From positions 586 through 64,585 of the forward strand of contig DAOLCO010000015.1 of assembly GCA_035327825.1 (NCBI GenBank): DNA of 64,000 nucleotides. Reading direction: 5' to 3'. Source of the stretch: Oligoflexia bacterium (GTDB lineage: Bacteria; Bdellovibrionota_C; UBA2361; SZUA-149; DAOLCO01). The notes beneath the pieces are model-generated. The model did not search any database and was not told where the DNA came from. It worked only from the letters and a program-made list of their open reading frames with translations. This document shows positions 36,265-44,316 of the stretch, piece after piece (position 1 is the first letter of the stretch; each line of letters begins with the position of its first letter). The translations under genes were made by a program, and so were the position numbers.

Positions 36265-39192
36265 TCATCCTACAGAAAATGCCATCCTGAACAAAGCCTC
36301 CTGCTCCATTAAATGCGCCTTTGGAGATCCAGTTGAGGGGCTTGCACTTGCCGAACGCTTAACGGAAAGAACAGTTAAGCCTCCTGCTAGTCTCTTTATG
36401 ATTGGCATTATAAAAAACAAGGCCCCCATGTTAGCTGGTTCATCCTGAACCCAAAGAATTGTTTTTAATTTCCTGTATTTCTTTATTACAGCTCGTATCT
36501 CTTCTTCAGGAGAGGGATAAAATATTTCAATACTTGATATCGCTGTGTTCTTTATACTACGCTTGTCCCTCTCTTTCTTTAACTCATGAACTATTTTACC
36601 TGAGCAAAATATTAGTCTCTCTGCACCAAGAAATTCTTCTCCATCAAGATCAAGTACCGGATTAAATTTTCCATTAACAAGTTCCTGAGCACTGGATGAT
36701 GCAGCAGGAAGCCTGAGCATGCTTTTAGGTGTCATTACGATAAGTGGCTTTCTCCACGGCCTTAGAGCCTGGGTTCGTAATAAATGGAAATACTGTGAAG
36801 CGCTTGAAGGCTGAGCTACCTGCATATTATCTTCAGCGCATAATTGTAAAAATCGCTCCAAACGTGCACTAGAGTGTTCAGGCCCGGCACCTTCATAACC
36901 ATGAGGAAGAAGCATTACCAAACCAGAAAGACTTCCCCATTTATCCTCAGCCGCGGAAATAAACTGGTCAATTATGATTTGTGCACCATTAACAAAATCA
37001 CCAAACTGAGCCTCCCACATAACAAGAGAATCAGGATACTCTCTGGTAAATCCATACTCATATCCGACAGCCGCTGCCTCTGAAAGCATTGAATCGTATA
37101 CTTCAAAAACAGCCTGATTCTTTGATAGATGACAAAGTGGAATATGCACCTGACCATTCTGAAAATCCCTTAACACAGCCTGGCGATGAGTAAATGTACC
37201 TCGACCACTATCCTGTCCGACCAAACGCACCCTAATACCTTCTTCAAGAAGAGTACCAAAAGCAAGAGCCTCGGCCCCACCCCAGTCAATAGCCCTTTTT
37301 CCTTGGGACATTTCCAGTCTGGACTCAAGCAACTTTCCTAATTTTGGATGAAGAGAAAATCCCGTAGGCACTTCACTAATTCCCTTGCCTACCTTTTCAA
37401 GCAACTCTGAAGTTACATTTGTTGGAACTTCATAGGACTTTTGATATAGACCCCCAAAGTACTTTGACCAGTGATTTGTGTTTTTATCAAGTACGGGCTT
37501 TTTAGTAAGAGATCTTCCACGTTGAAGACTTTCCTCAAAAAGAGCAAGGGCACCTTGTTCAAGCTGCTCTATATCACTCTGGTCTACACCAATTTGCTCA
37601 GCGTACAACTGGAAAAGAACAGGGCGCTCCTTGATTTTGTGGTATAGCACAGGAGAAGTAAGAGTAGGATCATCAACTTCATTGTGACCATATTTTCGAT
37701 ATCCTATAACATCGATCACAACATCAGATTTAAAATCCCCACGATAATCAGTCGCAATTTTACCTACACGAACTACATCATTGGGACTTTCGCCATTAAC
37801 ATGAAAAACAGGAGCAGGAATACGCTTTGCGATTTCAGTACAATATCTTCCGGTGTATAAAGCAGGCTGAGTAGCTGTAAAACCAATAAGATTGTTTACA
37901 ATTACATGTATCACCCCACCTATGGAAAATCCTGGTATTTCTGCATAATTTAGAGCTTCAGCAGCAATTCCCTGACCTGCAAAAGCAGCATCTCCGTGAA
38001 GAATAATGCATAAGACCTTGTCACCCTCAGGATCGTCCATCCTTTCTTGCCTGGCCTTTGTGCGCCCCATAATTACCGGGTTTACAGCCTCAAGATGACT
38101 TGGATTTGGAGCAAGTTCAATTTCCAGAGACTTGCCAGAACTTGTAACATAAGTACCCGTAGCTCCCTTATGATATTTAACATCATCACCTCCAAGGGCA
38201 CTCCTTGGATCAATATCCTCAAAATTAGCAATAATATGTTCAGCCAAAGTATCTGCAATATGATGCATAACATTCAGTCTTCCACGGTGCGCCATAGCGA
38301 GCATAACCAGCTCCACACCGCGCTCAGCGGCCTGATCAAGAATAGAATCAAGAAGTGGAACAATAACAGCAAGACCTTCAAGAGAGAATCTCTTGGCACC
38401 AACGTATTTGGTATGCAGAAACCTTTCAAATGTTTCAACGGAGAGAATACGTTTTAATATATTTCTCTCATCAACATCCTCAGGCGCGGACTCCATTCGG
38501 CTCGCAATCCATTCTGCGCGTTCAGGATAGGGCAAGTGCATAAACTCTGCACCAATTTTACCACAATAATAAGACTCAAATTCTCGCCATTCGTTTTCAA
38601 TTCCACTTTGCCTGAGTGCATCGAAATCACGATGAGGAAAAGGAGTAAGGGTACCGAGCGGATCAATATCTGCCTGCAAATGTCCCCACCTTCTGTAAAG
38701 ATCAAGGGCCCTTGCTCTATCAACTGTCCGATCCTCTGTTTTAGATATTCTTGATACCCCAGTCGGTCTTTTTATATTAGTTACCGAACCTGACTCAGAC
38801 ATATCATCTCCTGAAGTTTGCATTTTGTTTGATTTATGAAAGCTGCGAGCTAGTGTCCCACTTTCTTTGGAAATACCTCTCCTTGAACCATTTGATGACT
38901 GTTTTTTTAAAACCTGAGGTGGTTTGCCATTAGCTTTAACTGAATTTTTAGTAACCTTGCCTTTCTTTGCTATTACTTTATTTACTGTAACGTTCTTTCC
39001 TTTAAGACTAATTTTTGAATCTGAAGAGGAGACACCATAAGCAGATTTGCCGGATTTTTTCTTCCTAGAGGAAAGAACTCCGGCAGCTATTACAGACTTG
39101 TTTGATCTCTTTTTTGGGTTTGTATTTTTTCTAGTTGATGCCACTTTTCTATCACTTAATAATAAACCAAGCTTTAGTACCGAGTAAAACAC
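36265..39192 (-). CDS. sucA: 2-oxoglutarate dehydrogenase E1 component (SucA/KGD-like) with a K/S-rich low-complexity N-terminal extension of about 120 aa; no adjacent E2 or E3 gene
   Basis: 975-aa ORF. From MQTSGDDMSESG.. onwards it is an OGDH E1 (ThDP-binding ..GDAAFAGQG.., transketolase-like domains). The preceding 123 residues are lysine/serine-rich (KKRSNKS..RKKKSGKS..KKGKVTKNSVKANGKPP). The true start could be the internal ATG. Confidence 0.85.
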   Translation of the reverse strand: MFYSVLKLGLLLSDRKVASTRKNTNPKKRSNKSVIAAGVLSSRKKKSGKSAYGVSSSDSKISLKGKNVTVNKVIAKKGKVTKNSVKANGKPPQVLKKQSSNGSRRGISKESGTLARSFHKSNKMQTSGDDMSESGSVTNIKRPTGVSRISKTEDRTVDRARALDLYRRWGHLQADIDPLGTLTPFPHRDFDALRQSGIENEWREFESYYCGKIGAEFMHLPYPERAEWIASRMESAPEDVDERNILKRILSVETFERFLHTKYVGAKRFSLEGLAVIVPLLDSILDQAAERGVELVMLAMAHRGRLNVMHHIADTLAEHIIANFEDIDPRSALGGDDVKYHKGATGTYVTSSGKSLEIELAPNPSHLEAVNPVIMGRTKARQERMDDPEGDKVLCIILHGDAAFAGQGIAAEALNYAEIPGFSIGGVIHVIVNNLIGFTATQPALYTGRYCTEIAKRIPAPVFHVNGESPNDVVRVGKIATDYRGDFKSDVVIDVIGYRKYGHNEVDDPTLTSPVLYHKIKERPVLFQLYAEQIGVDQSDIEQLEQGALALFEESLQRGRSLTKKPVLDKNTNHWSKYFGGLYQKSYEVPTNVTSELLEKVGKGISEVPTGFSLHPKLGKLLESRLEMSQGKRAIDWGGAEALAFGTLLEEGIRVRLVGQDSGRGTFTHRQAVLRDFQNGQVHIPLCHLSKNQAVFEVYDSMLSEAAAVGYEYGFTREYPDSLVMWEAQFGDFVNGAQIIIDQFISAAEDKWGSLSGLVMLLPHGYEGAGPEHSSARLERFLQLCAEDNMQVAQPSSASQYFHLLRTQALRPWRKPLIVMTPKSMLRLPAASSSAQELVNGKFNPVLDLDGEEFLGAERLIFCSGKIVHELKKERDKRSIKNTAISSIEIFYPSPEEEIRAVIKKYRKLKTILWVQDEPANMGALFFIMPIIKRLAGGLTVLSVKRSASASPSTGSPKAHLMEQEALFRMAFSVG

Positions 39193-39575
39193 TAGACACT
39201 AAAACTTACACAATAAAAACAAACGCTTACAAAAAACAGCCCTTTTAAAACACTCGAATTAGTCCAAGCCTCCCTGAGGTCTTAAGGGGTTAATTTTACG
39301 CGAAGTAGTTTATCACAAACGGGGTGTAATAAAAATATGTGCCCTAATCTGCTTGCTATAAAAGTGATAGGGCAATGAAATAATAGGGAATCCCCTATGA
39401 AATAACTTATAAAATAGCCTCATAGCCAATACCTGTTCTACTACTTTAAGAGGGTTAAAATAATGTTTAGGTACTGGCTCTGAGTATTTTACAAAGGGGG
39501 TGAAGGAGACATGCACCTGACAGGCGACAAATTCCTTAACTTAATGGCCGTGGGTACCAGGTTACCATAAGACAT

Positions 39576-39596
39576 TGAACCTGGTACCAGAAACTC
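39576..39596 (+). repeat. GAACCTGGTACCAGAAACTCT repeat, copy 1
   Basis: Member of a 4-copy family in the sucA-lipoprotein-higA spacer. Preceded at 39552-39568 by the related GGTACCAGGTTACCATAA, which recurs at 835-851. Confidence 0.7.
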
Positions 39597-39608
39597 TAAT
39601 AATTATAA

Positions 39609-39642
39609 ACTTCTCTCTTAGGAACCTGGTACCAGAAACTCT
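39609..39642 (+). repeat. CTTCTCTCTTAGGAACCTGGTACCAGAAACTCT repeat, copy 2 (long form)
   Basis: Identical over 31 nt to the copy at 40574-40604. Confidence 0.75.
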
Positions 39643-39775
39643 AAATTTCTCTGGCCTTTTCCTTAACGCTCACTACCATGTCTCTTTAACACAGCAGCTT
39701 AAGGTCGTTTGGAACCTCCGCCTTAACAGCGATTCCGAGGGGCCTACCCTCATCAGAACTACAGCCTCGTGGCAC

Positions 39776-39797
39776 ACAACCTGGTACCAGAAACTAT
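39776..39797 (+). repeat. ACAACCTGGTACCAGAAACTAT repeat, copy 3
   Basis: Shares the AACCTGGTACCAGAAACT core. Confidence 0.7.
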
Positions 39798-39985
39798 ACT
39801 ATTTTTCGTTAAAATTCACTCAGTTTCCCTGTAATATCACAAGATAACTTGCAGCAAAGATTCCTTTATTATTAGTGAGTTAGGTGGGATTAGTACCTGG
39901 TTATTGGCTGTTGATATCACAAGTTAAGGTTGGTAAGATTTCTAGGTTAAAATATGATAACCATTTTTGAAACTACTTAATTGCT

Positions 39986-40360
39986 ATGAAAAAATATTTT
40001 TTCCTTTTCCTTTTTAGCCTCACTTTTAACTCTGGATGTGGTAGCGCGAAATTTATAAGAAGTGGAGATACTATTTCTCCTATCAAAAGCAATGAAGTAT
40101 CTCCTTCTCAAATTAAAGTATACACATTACCCCCTCAAGGTAAATATTTAAGCCTTGGAATCGCTGCTATCAATATACTCGGTGGTGGCATGATCTCCGA
40201 TAATTTTCCAGAAGCTATAGAAAAAGCAAAAGTTATTGCCAGTCAAAATGGTGGCAATGCGATTGTGATTAACCATACAGACGAAAGTAATTCCATGAAT
40301 ACCTTTGGGTCTTCTCAACAAAGAGTTAGGGTAAATGCCATGGTAATATATGAATATTAG
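39986..40360 (+). CDS. small lipoprotein, unknown function
   Basis: 124 aa. MKKYFFLFLFSLTFNSGCGS has a lipobox (FNSGC). Flanked by copies of the GGAACCTGGTACCAGAAACT repeat. Confidence 0.6.
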   Translation: MKKYFFLFLFSLTFNSGCGSAKFIRSGDTISPIKSNEVSPSQIKVYTLPPQGKYLSLGIAAINILGGGMISDNFPEAIEKAKVIASQNGGNAIVINHTDESNSMNTFGSSQQRVRVNAMVIYEY

Positions 40361-40573
40361 TATACACAGAAAGGATAATCGGGTAATCGAGAGCCGAGAT
40401 AATTAATACCGTCTCTCAATCCCAACAACACAGTGCTTGCGGCTCCGCACACTGCGTTTCAAGAAGTGTAGTGAATACTAATCCAAATGGATCTAATGGA
40501 AACAAGTCCTACAGTTTTGTGGAACCAGTCGTTAGTCAATCCAGAATGAGCAGCTAAAGTTTTAGAAAGTCTT

Positions 40574-40623
40574 CTTCTCTCTTAGGAACCTGGTACCAGA
40601 AACTACTTATACCAGAAACTACT
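40574..40623 (+). repeat. CTTCTCTCTTAGGAACCTGGTACCAGAAACTACT repeat, copy 4, plus an adjacent partial duplication TACCAGAAACTACT
   Basis: It lies between the lipoprotein gene and the higA-like gene. Together with copies 1-3 it brackets the lipoprotein gene. Confidence 0.75.
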
Positions 40624-40703
40624 TAAAATGAGCAGACCAGAATGCTCTAGAAGTAGAAATAGTTGATTATCACTAATTTTGCTTAGGTTTGGAGATAAGT
40701 ATT

Positions 40704-40916
40704 ATGAAGAAACAACATATAACACCAATTCATCCAGGAGAAGTTCTTCGAGATGAATTAGAGAATTTAAACTTAACACAAACCGCCTTAGCGGAACATA
40801 TCGGAGTGCTACCTAAGACGATAAATGAGATATGTAGAGCTAAACGTGGTATTAGCGCAGTGTCAAGTCCTGAATACTGTCTACACAAATACATTATTAT
40901 CAAGAGAAATATGTGA
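40704..40916 (+). CDS. HigA-like XRE-family HTH protein (antitoxin-like), C-terminally truncated; no cognate HigB gene
   Basis: MKKQHITPIHPGEVLRDELENLNLTQTALAEHIGVLPKTINEICRAKRGIS is a near-textbook HigA N-terminus. The expected ..ADTALRLAKFFGTS.EFWLNLQ helices are replaced by AVSSPEYCLHKYIIIKRNM, and the 330 bp upstream encode no RelE/HigB-like protein. Probably degenerate. Confidence 0.6.
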   Translation: MKKQHITPIHPGEVLRDELENLNLTQTALAEHIGVLPKTINEICRAKRGISAVSSPEYCLHKYIIIKRNM

Positions 40917-40963
40917 TTCAATCGGGATGAAAACATCCATATAAAAATGCCCCGTCTGCCGAC

Positions 40964-41377
40964 CTATTCAGATTTAACGCTCCTAAGGACAGTGTTAAAG
41001 ATAAATTTAGCATACTCGCATGCCTGGTCGGCATCTTCTTCAGAGTAGAATTCGGAAGGCGTAAGATCTTCAGTTCCGTAGAAAGCTATTTCCCTGTCAC
41101 GTCTGAGTGACTTTGAGATCATAATAATTTTTTTTAAATTTTTTGAAACTTCGCCGGTAAGAAGTCCTTTATTGTCTTGTAGCGTTCCACTCACATCATG
41201 AATTCTTGGAACCTCTATATTAATATCCCTGAGATAAGCTTTCAGACATAATTCAACAATTTCCTGTGATTCCCTTACAACATTAGCCCAACTTTTCTTT
41301 CTATGCAGTAAGTCTACAGCATCAAGTCTGTCCTCGGCTCTTTTTAAATAATCAGAAACAAGTGATAAATTTTTCAT
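40964..41377 (-). CDS. HEPN-domain protein (HepT-like toxin component)
   Basis: 137 aa all-alpha protein. It starts 6 nt downstream of the stop of a minimal-nucleotidyltransferase gene, the canonical HEPN/MNT arrangement. Confidence 0.65.
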   Translation of the reverse strand: MKNLSLVSDYLKRAEDRLDAVDLLHRKKSWANVVRESQEIVELCLKAYLRDINIEVPRIHDVSGTLQDNKGLLTGEVSKNLKKIIMISKSLRRDREIAFYGTEDLTPSEFYSEEDADQACEYAKFIFNTVLRSVKSE

Positions 41378-41383
41378 GCGCGC

Positions 41384-41950
41384 CTAATTTCTTATCCAGT
41401 ATGGCTGGCCGTGAGATAATTTTCTGGTAAATCTGTTCTGGGATATTGCCAGTCTCAATATATGCAGTAAAGACTCTGTTTTAGTGTCTTTCTCCCACAA
41501 TATTTTCCCACTAATTGCGACTTCCAGCCAGAGGCCATGGACTTCATCCAGATCAGATTTAAGATTCACGAAATGAGGCGAGGCATCCATACCCTGAGTC
41601 ATTTCAGGCGTGAGCAGAGGCGCAACTTCATTATCCCAATGTGTGTATAAAGATCGTTTTATTTCAGTCTCTTCCGACAACACAATAAGTAAGTCATAAT
41701 CTGATTTAGCAGAGGCCGTATTTTTTGCAACAGAACCAAATAATATAATTGCCCGAACCTCCGGTCCGAAAGAGGCTCCAAGTATGGAAGAAATGATCTC
41801 TGACTGAGAACCTTGCAGATTTCGACTTGTTAAAAATTGCTCCAGTGCCCGATTGATAACTTTGTTCAACGAACAGTTCATTGTACCTGCGATATTTTTA
41901 AGAATATCCAGTCTGTCCTGTGGCAGTCTTAATAGGAAAGAATTACTCAT
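41384..41950 (-). CDS. minimal nucleotidyltransferase (MntA-like antitoxin) fused to an N-terminal ribbon-helix-helix/CopG-like DNA-binding domain
   Basis: 188 aa. N-terminal ..LRLPQDRLDILKNIAGTMNCSLNKVINRALEQFL (RHH-like), then the NTase motif GSVAKNTASAKSDYDLLIV (GS..DxD). Confidence 0.7.
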   Translation of the reverse strand: MSNSFLLRLPQDRLDILKNIAGTMNCSLNKVINRALEQFLTSRNLQGSQSEIISSILGASFGPEVRAIILFGSVAKNTASAKSDYDLLIVLSEETEIKRSLYTHWDNEVAPLLTPEMTQGMDASPHFVNLKSDLDEVHGLWLEVAISGKILWEKDTKTESLLHILRLAISQNRFTRKLSHGQPYWIRN

Positions 41951-41957
41951 TTGCTAA

Positions 41958-41973
41958 TGATATCATGATATCA
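41958..41973. promoter_or_regulatory. perfect 16-bp palindrome TGATATCATGATATCA in the promoter region of the RHH-MNT/HEPN operon; candidate operator
   Basis: It lies 8-23 nt upstream of the RHH-MNT start codon (41950). RHH proteins bind inverted or tandem repeats. Related GATATCACAAG words occur at 39834-39846 and 39917-39929. Confidence 0.45.
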
Positions 41974-42041
41974 CCCAAGAATGCCAGTAGAAAATAATTA
42001 TAAATTTCAGCCTACTAGCGTTCAAACTTAATCTTAATGGG

Positions 42042-43220
42042 TTAATCAGCTCTTCCAATTAAATCACTTACAGACATTAGCTCATCTTTAAGCAACTTCC
42101 TTTCAAGCCCCTCTAAAAGCTCTCTAACAAGAAGCGGACCTCTATAGATCAGCGCTGTATAAAGCTCCACAAGGGAAGCTCCCGCCTGAAGCATGCTTAC
42201 AACTTGATCAGAAGTTCCGATTCCCCCTACCCCAATAAGAGGCACTGATCCACCAGTATATGTTCGAAGAGCCGAAACTCTCTCCAGTGCTCGCTCAAAA
42301 ACAGGCCGACCACTAAGCCCACCCATTCCAATTTCCTCCAGCCTTTGCTTATCAGTTATTAAGTTAGATCTGGAAACAGAAGTATTACCCATAACAAAAC
42401 CAGCAATCCCAAAGCGAAGACAAATATCAGCTATTTTCTTTAAGCTCTCTAGGTCAATATCATTGGAAAACTTTGCAAGAATTGGAACTTTCAGCTCCTC
42501 TTGCTCACTAGCTTTATTAATTGCAGCAAGAAGAGAAGGCAAAGATTCAGGCTCCTCAAATGTTCTACCATCACCAGAATTGGGACAGCTTAAATTAAAA
42601 ACAATAATATCAGCAGAACTGCCAACTATACGAAAACAATCCACCATATCCTTAACAGCATCATCACCAACAATTTTCATATCATTAGTTTTGGCAATAT
42701 TAATTAACCTGGGAGGCAATTTCCTTGCAGAACTGGTATTTGCGCTTGCTGAGTGATAATTTTTTAGGAATTGATATGGGCCAACATTATTTAAACCCAT
42801 ACGATTTACAAGAGCATAATCTTGAGGAAGCCTAAACATTCTTGGTCTAGCATTTCCGTTTGAAGGTTTATTTGTTACTGATCCAAGCTCAAGAAACCCA
42901 AACCCAAGACTGGCCATACCTTTTGAAAGAAATGCATTTTTATCAAACCCGGCAGCAAGACCTATTGGATTTGGAAATTCAATTCCCCAAAGCGTCTGCG
43001 ACAAACGAGAGCTTGGATACTTGCAAACGGAAGAGAGAATACTTTGAAAGCCAGGAATATAATCAAAAGACTTAAGGGCATAAAGCGCAAGATGATGAGC
43101 CCTTTCAGGATCAAGCTTGAATAATAATGGCTTTATCGCTTCATAAATGCTCAACTTATCTAACCTTAAATGCTTATTTTGTATTTTAGCTATAAAACAA
43201 TTACAAGAGTCAATTCGCAA
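42042..43220 (-). CDS. pyrD: dihydroorotate dehydrogenase (quinone), class 2
   Basis: Motifs ..LFKLDPERAHHLAL.., GLAAGFDKN, ..IGVGGIGTSDQVVSMLQAGASLVELYTALIYRGP.. match PyrD. The N-terminal 25 residues of the ORF are probably upstream of the true start. Confidence 0.88.
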   Translation of the reverse strand: MRIDSCNCFIAKIQNKHLRLDKLSIYEAIKPLLFKLDPERAHHLALYALKSFDYIPGFQSILSSVCKYPSSRLSQTLWGIEFPNPIGLAAGFDKNAFLSKGMASLGFGFLELGSVTNKPSNGNARPRMFRLPQDYALVNRMGLNNVGPYQFLKNYHSASANTSSARKLPPRLINIAKTNDMKIVGDDAVKDMVDCFRIVGSSADIIVFNLSCPNSGDGRTFEEPESLPSLLAAINKASEQEELKVPILAKFSNDIDLESLKKIADICLRFGIAGFVMGNTSVSRSNLITDKQRLEEIGMGGLSGRPVFERALERVSALRTYTGGSVPLIGVGGIGTSDQVVSMLQAGASLVELYTALIYRGPLLVRELLEGLERKLLKDELMSVSDLIGRAD

Positions 43221-43296
43221 TAATTAAGAATCTAAAAAAGGGAAAGGTTCAAAAAAACCTCCTCCCTTAATTTAAAAAATCACAAACCCGAAAAGA

Positions 43297-44235
43297 TCAA
43301 GTTAGAGCACCAAGGGCTCTAACTACAAGGTGAGTATGCACCGATAATGCATCTGAAGCAAGACGAAGTGCTGTAAAATCGCCCTCTCTGTCAGACATCA
43401 GAAATCTTAATTTTAACTCTTCCTGACTTAGCAAATTCAAATGGCTAAGCAAATCAGCGACAAGACCGCGCCTGTGTTTAGCATGCTTGCTGTCAAGAAT
43501 GTTCATGACATCTTCTGTCACTAAATACTGCGAATTTCGCACTCGTCCAAATACAGTTAAAAGGGGTGAGCCTTTTAAAAGAACAAGAGCATCTCTCGCG
43601 CGCATTTCTGCCTGCGTCTTCCCCATAAAATCAGGCAAAGCCTTCCTTTCGGAAAGTATTACTTCAGCAAGTGGCCTTAGCATTTCCTCAGGAAGTTTTC
43701 TCCCCGTCCTTGAATTGGGAGCATATAAGAGCAATTCACTTCTGAGAATATCCCGAAACACTCTATCAACCACGCTATAGTCTCGCCAAAGATCCTTTCG
43801 CACTGGACCTGAAACACCCCGAATTGCCCGAAAAATACTTCGGGACAGCAAGGAAAGATCATAAAGCGTAACTACGATTCTGGAAGTCATCTCAGACAGA
43901 CTTTCAACTGACAAATGACTTTGCAAAAAATACCCCGAGGCTCTTGCATCAAGCGTATCAGGACCCAGAAAGCCCCGATAAATTTGCTGAGAAGTTAAAC
44001 GGGTCATTTCGGTACTTTCAACAATACCAACAAACCCAAACACACCTCTATTTAGTAGAGAAAGAGTTTCGGCACGAAGGCCCCTGTACAGCACGCCTGT
44101 ATCGGAGAAAAGTCCACAGGCTGGATTAAGGAAAAGACTTTGAAGCGAGTCTCTTGATCTTAGCAAAAGAAATGAGAACGAGCTCTCAACAAAGGTTGGC
44201 ACTCCTCGCATTGAATAACCCTCCGAAAAAACCAA
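43297..44235 (-). CDS. hypothetical protein (arginine/leucine-rich, soluble)
   Basis: 312-aa ORF between pyrD and argF with no recognisable motif. The likely start is MRGVPTF.. at 44211. Confidence 0.4.
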   Translation of the reverse strand: MVFSEGYSMRGVPTFVESSFSFLLLRSRDSLQSLFLNPACGLFSDTGVLYRGLRAETLSLLNRGVFGFVGIVESTEMTRLTSQQIYRGFLGPDTLDARASGYFLQSHLSVESLSEMTSRIVVTLYDLSLLSRSIFRAIRGVSGPVRKDLWRDYSVVDRVFRDILRSELLLYAPNSRTGRKLPEEMLRPLAEVILSERKALPDFMGKTQAEMRARDALVLLKGSPLLTVFGRVRNSQYLVTEDVMNILDSKHAKHRRGLVADLLSHLNLLSQEELKLRFLMSDREGDFTALRLASDALSVHTHLVVRALGALT

Positions 44236-44316
44236 AAAATTCCGAGGGAACCTGTTTTCCCTTTTTCAGATTCTTATTATTCTACCCATATCTGAAACAT
44301 CAATTTTAATTCTACT

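Noticed and set aside
39640-39800. tmRNA-like element: a short frame ending ..FNTAA-stop at 39699-39701 and a GAGGGgcctaCCCTC hairpin
   Set aside because: No tRNA-like T-arm (GGTTCGA.TCC) or CCA-proximal acceptor sequence, and no ANDENYALAA-type tag. The resemblance is superficial. No tRNA, rRNA, RNase P, SRP or 6S signature was recognised anywhere in the window.
39575-39847. 90-aa ORF (MNLVPETLIIINFSLRNLVPETL...) in the sucA-lipoprotein spacer
   Set aside because: Its sequence is simply the translation of the GGAACCTGGTACCAGAAACT repeats (NLVPETL appears twice). No RBS, no domain, low-complexity. Treated as noncoding repeat DNA.
39551-40623. Possible CRISPR array, because of the repeated 20-33-nt unit
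   Set aside because: Only four copies with very irregular spacing (12, about 135 and about 780 nt). One spacer contains a complete lipoprotein gene. No cas genes, and the repeats vary in length. Not a CRISPR array.
40361-40688. A hidden or frameshifted higB (RelE-family toxin) upstream of the HigA-like gene
   Set aside because: Three-frame translation of the 330-bp gap gives only short peptides (longest about 22 aa, e.g. MDLMETSPTVLWNQSLVNPE) with no RelE/HigB motifs. The gap is occupied by a repeat copy. If higB ever existed it has been deleted.
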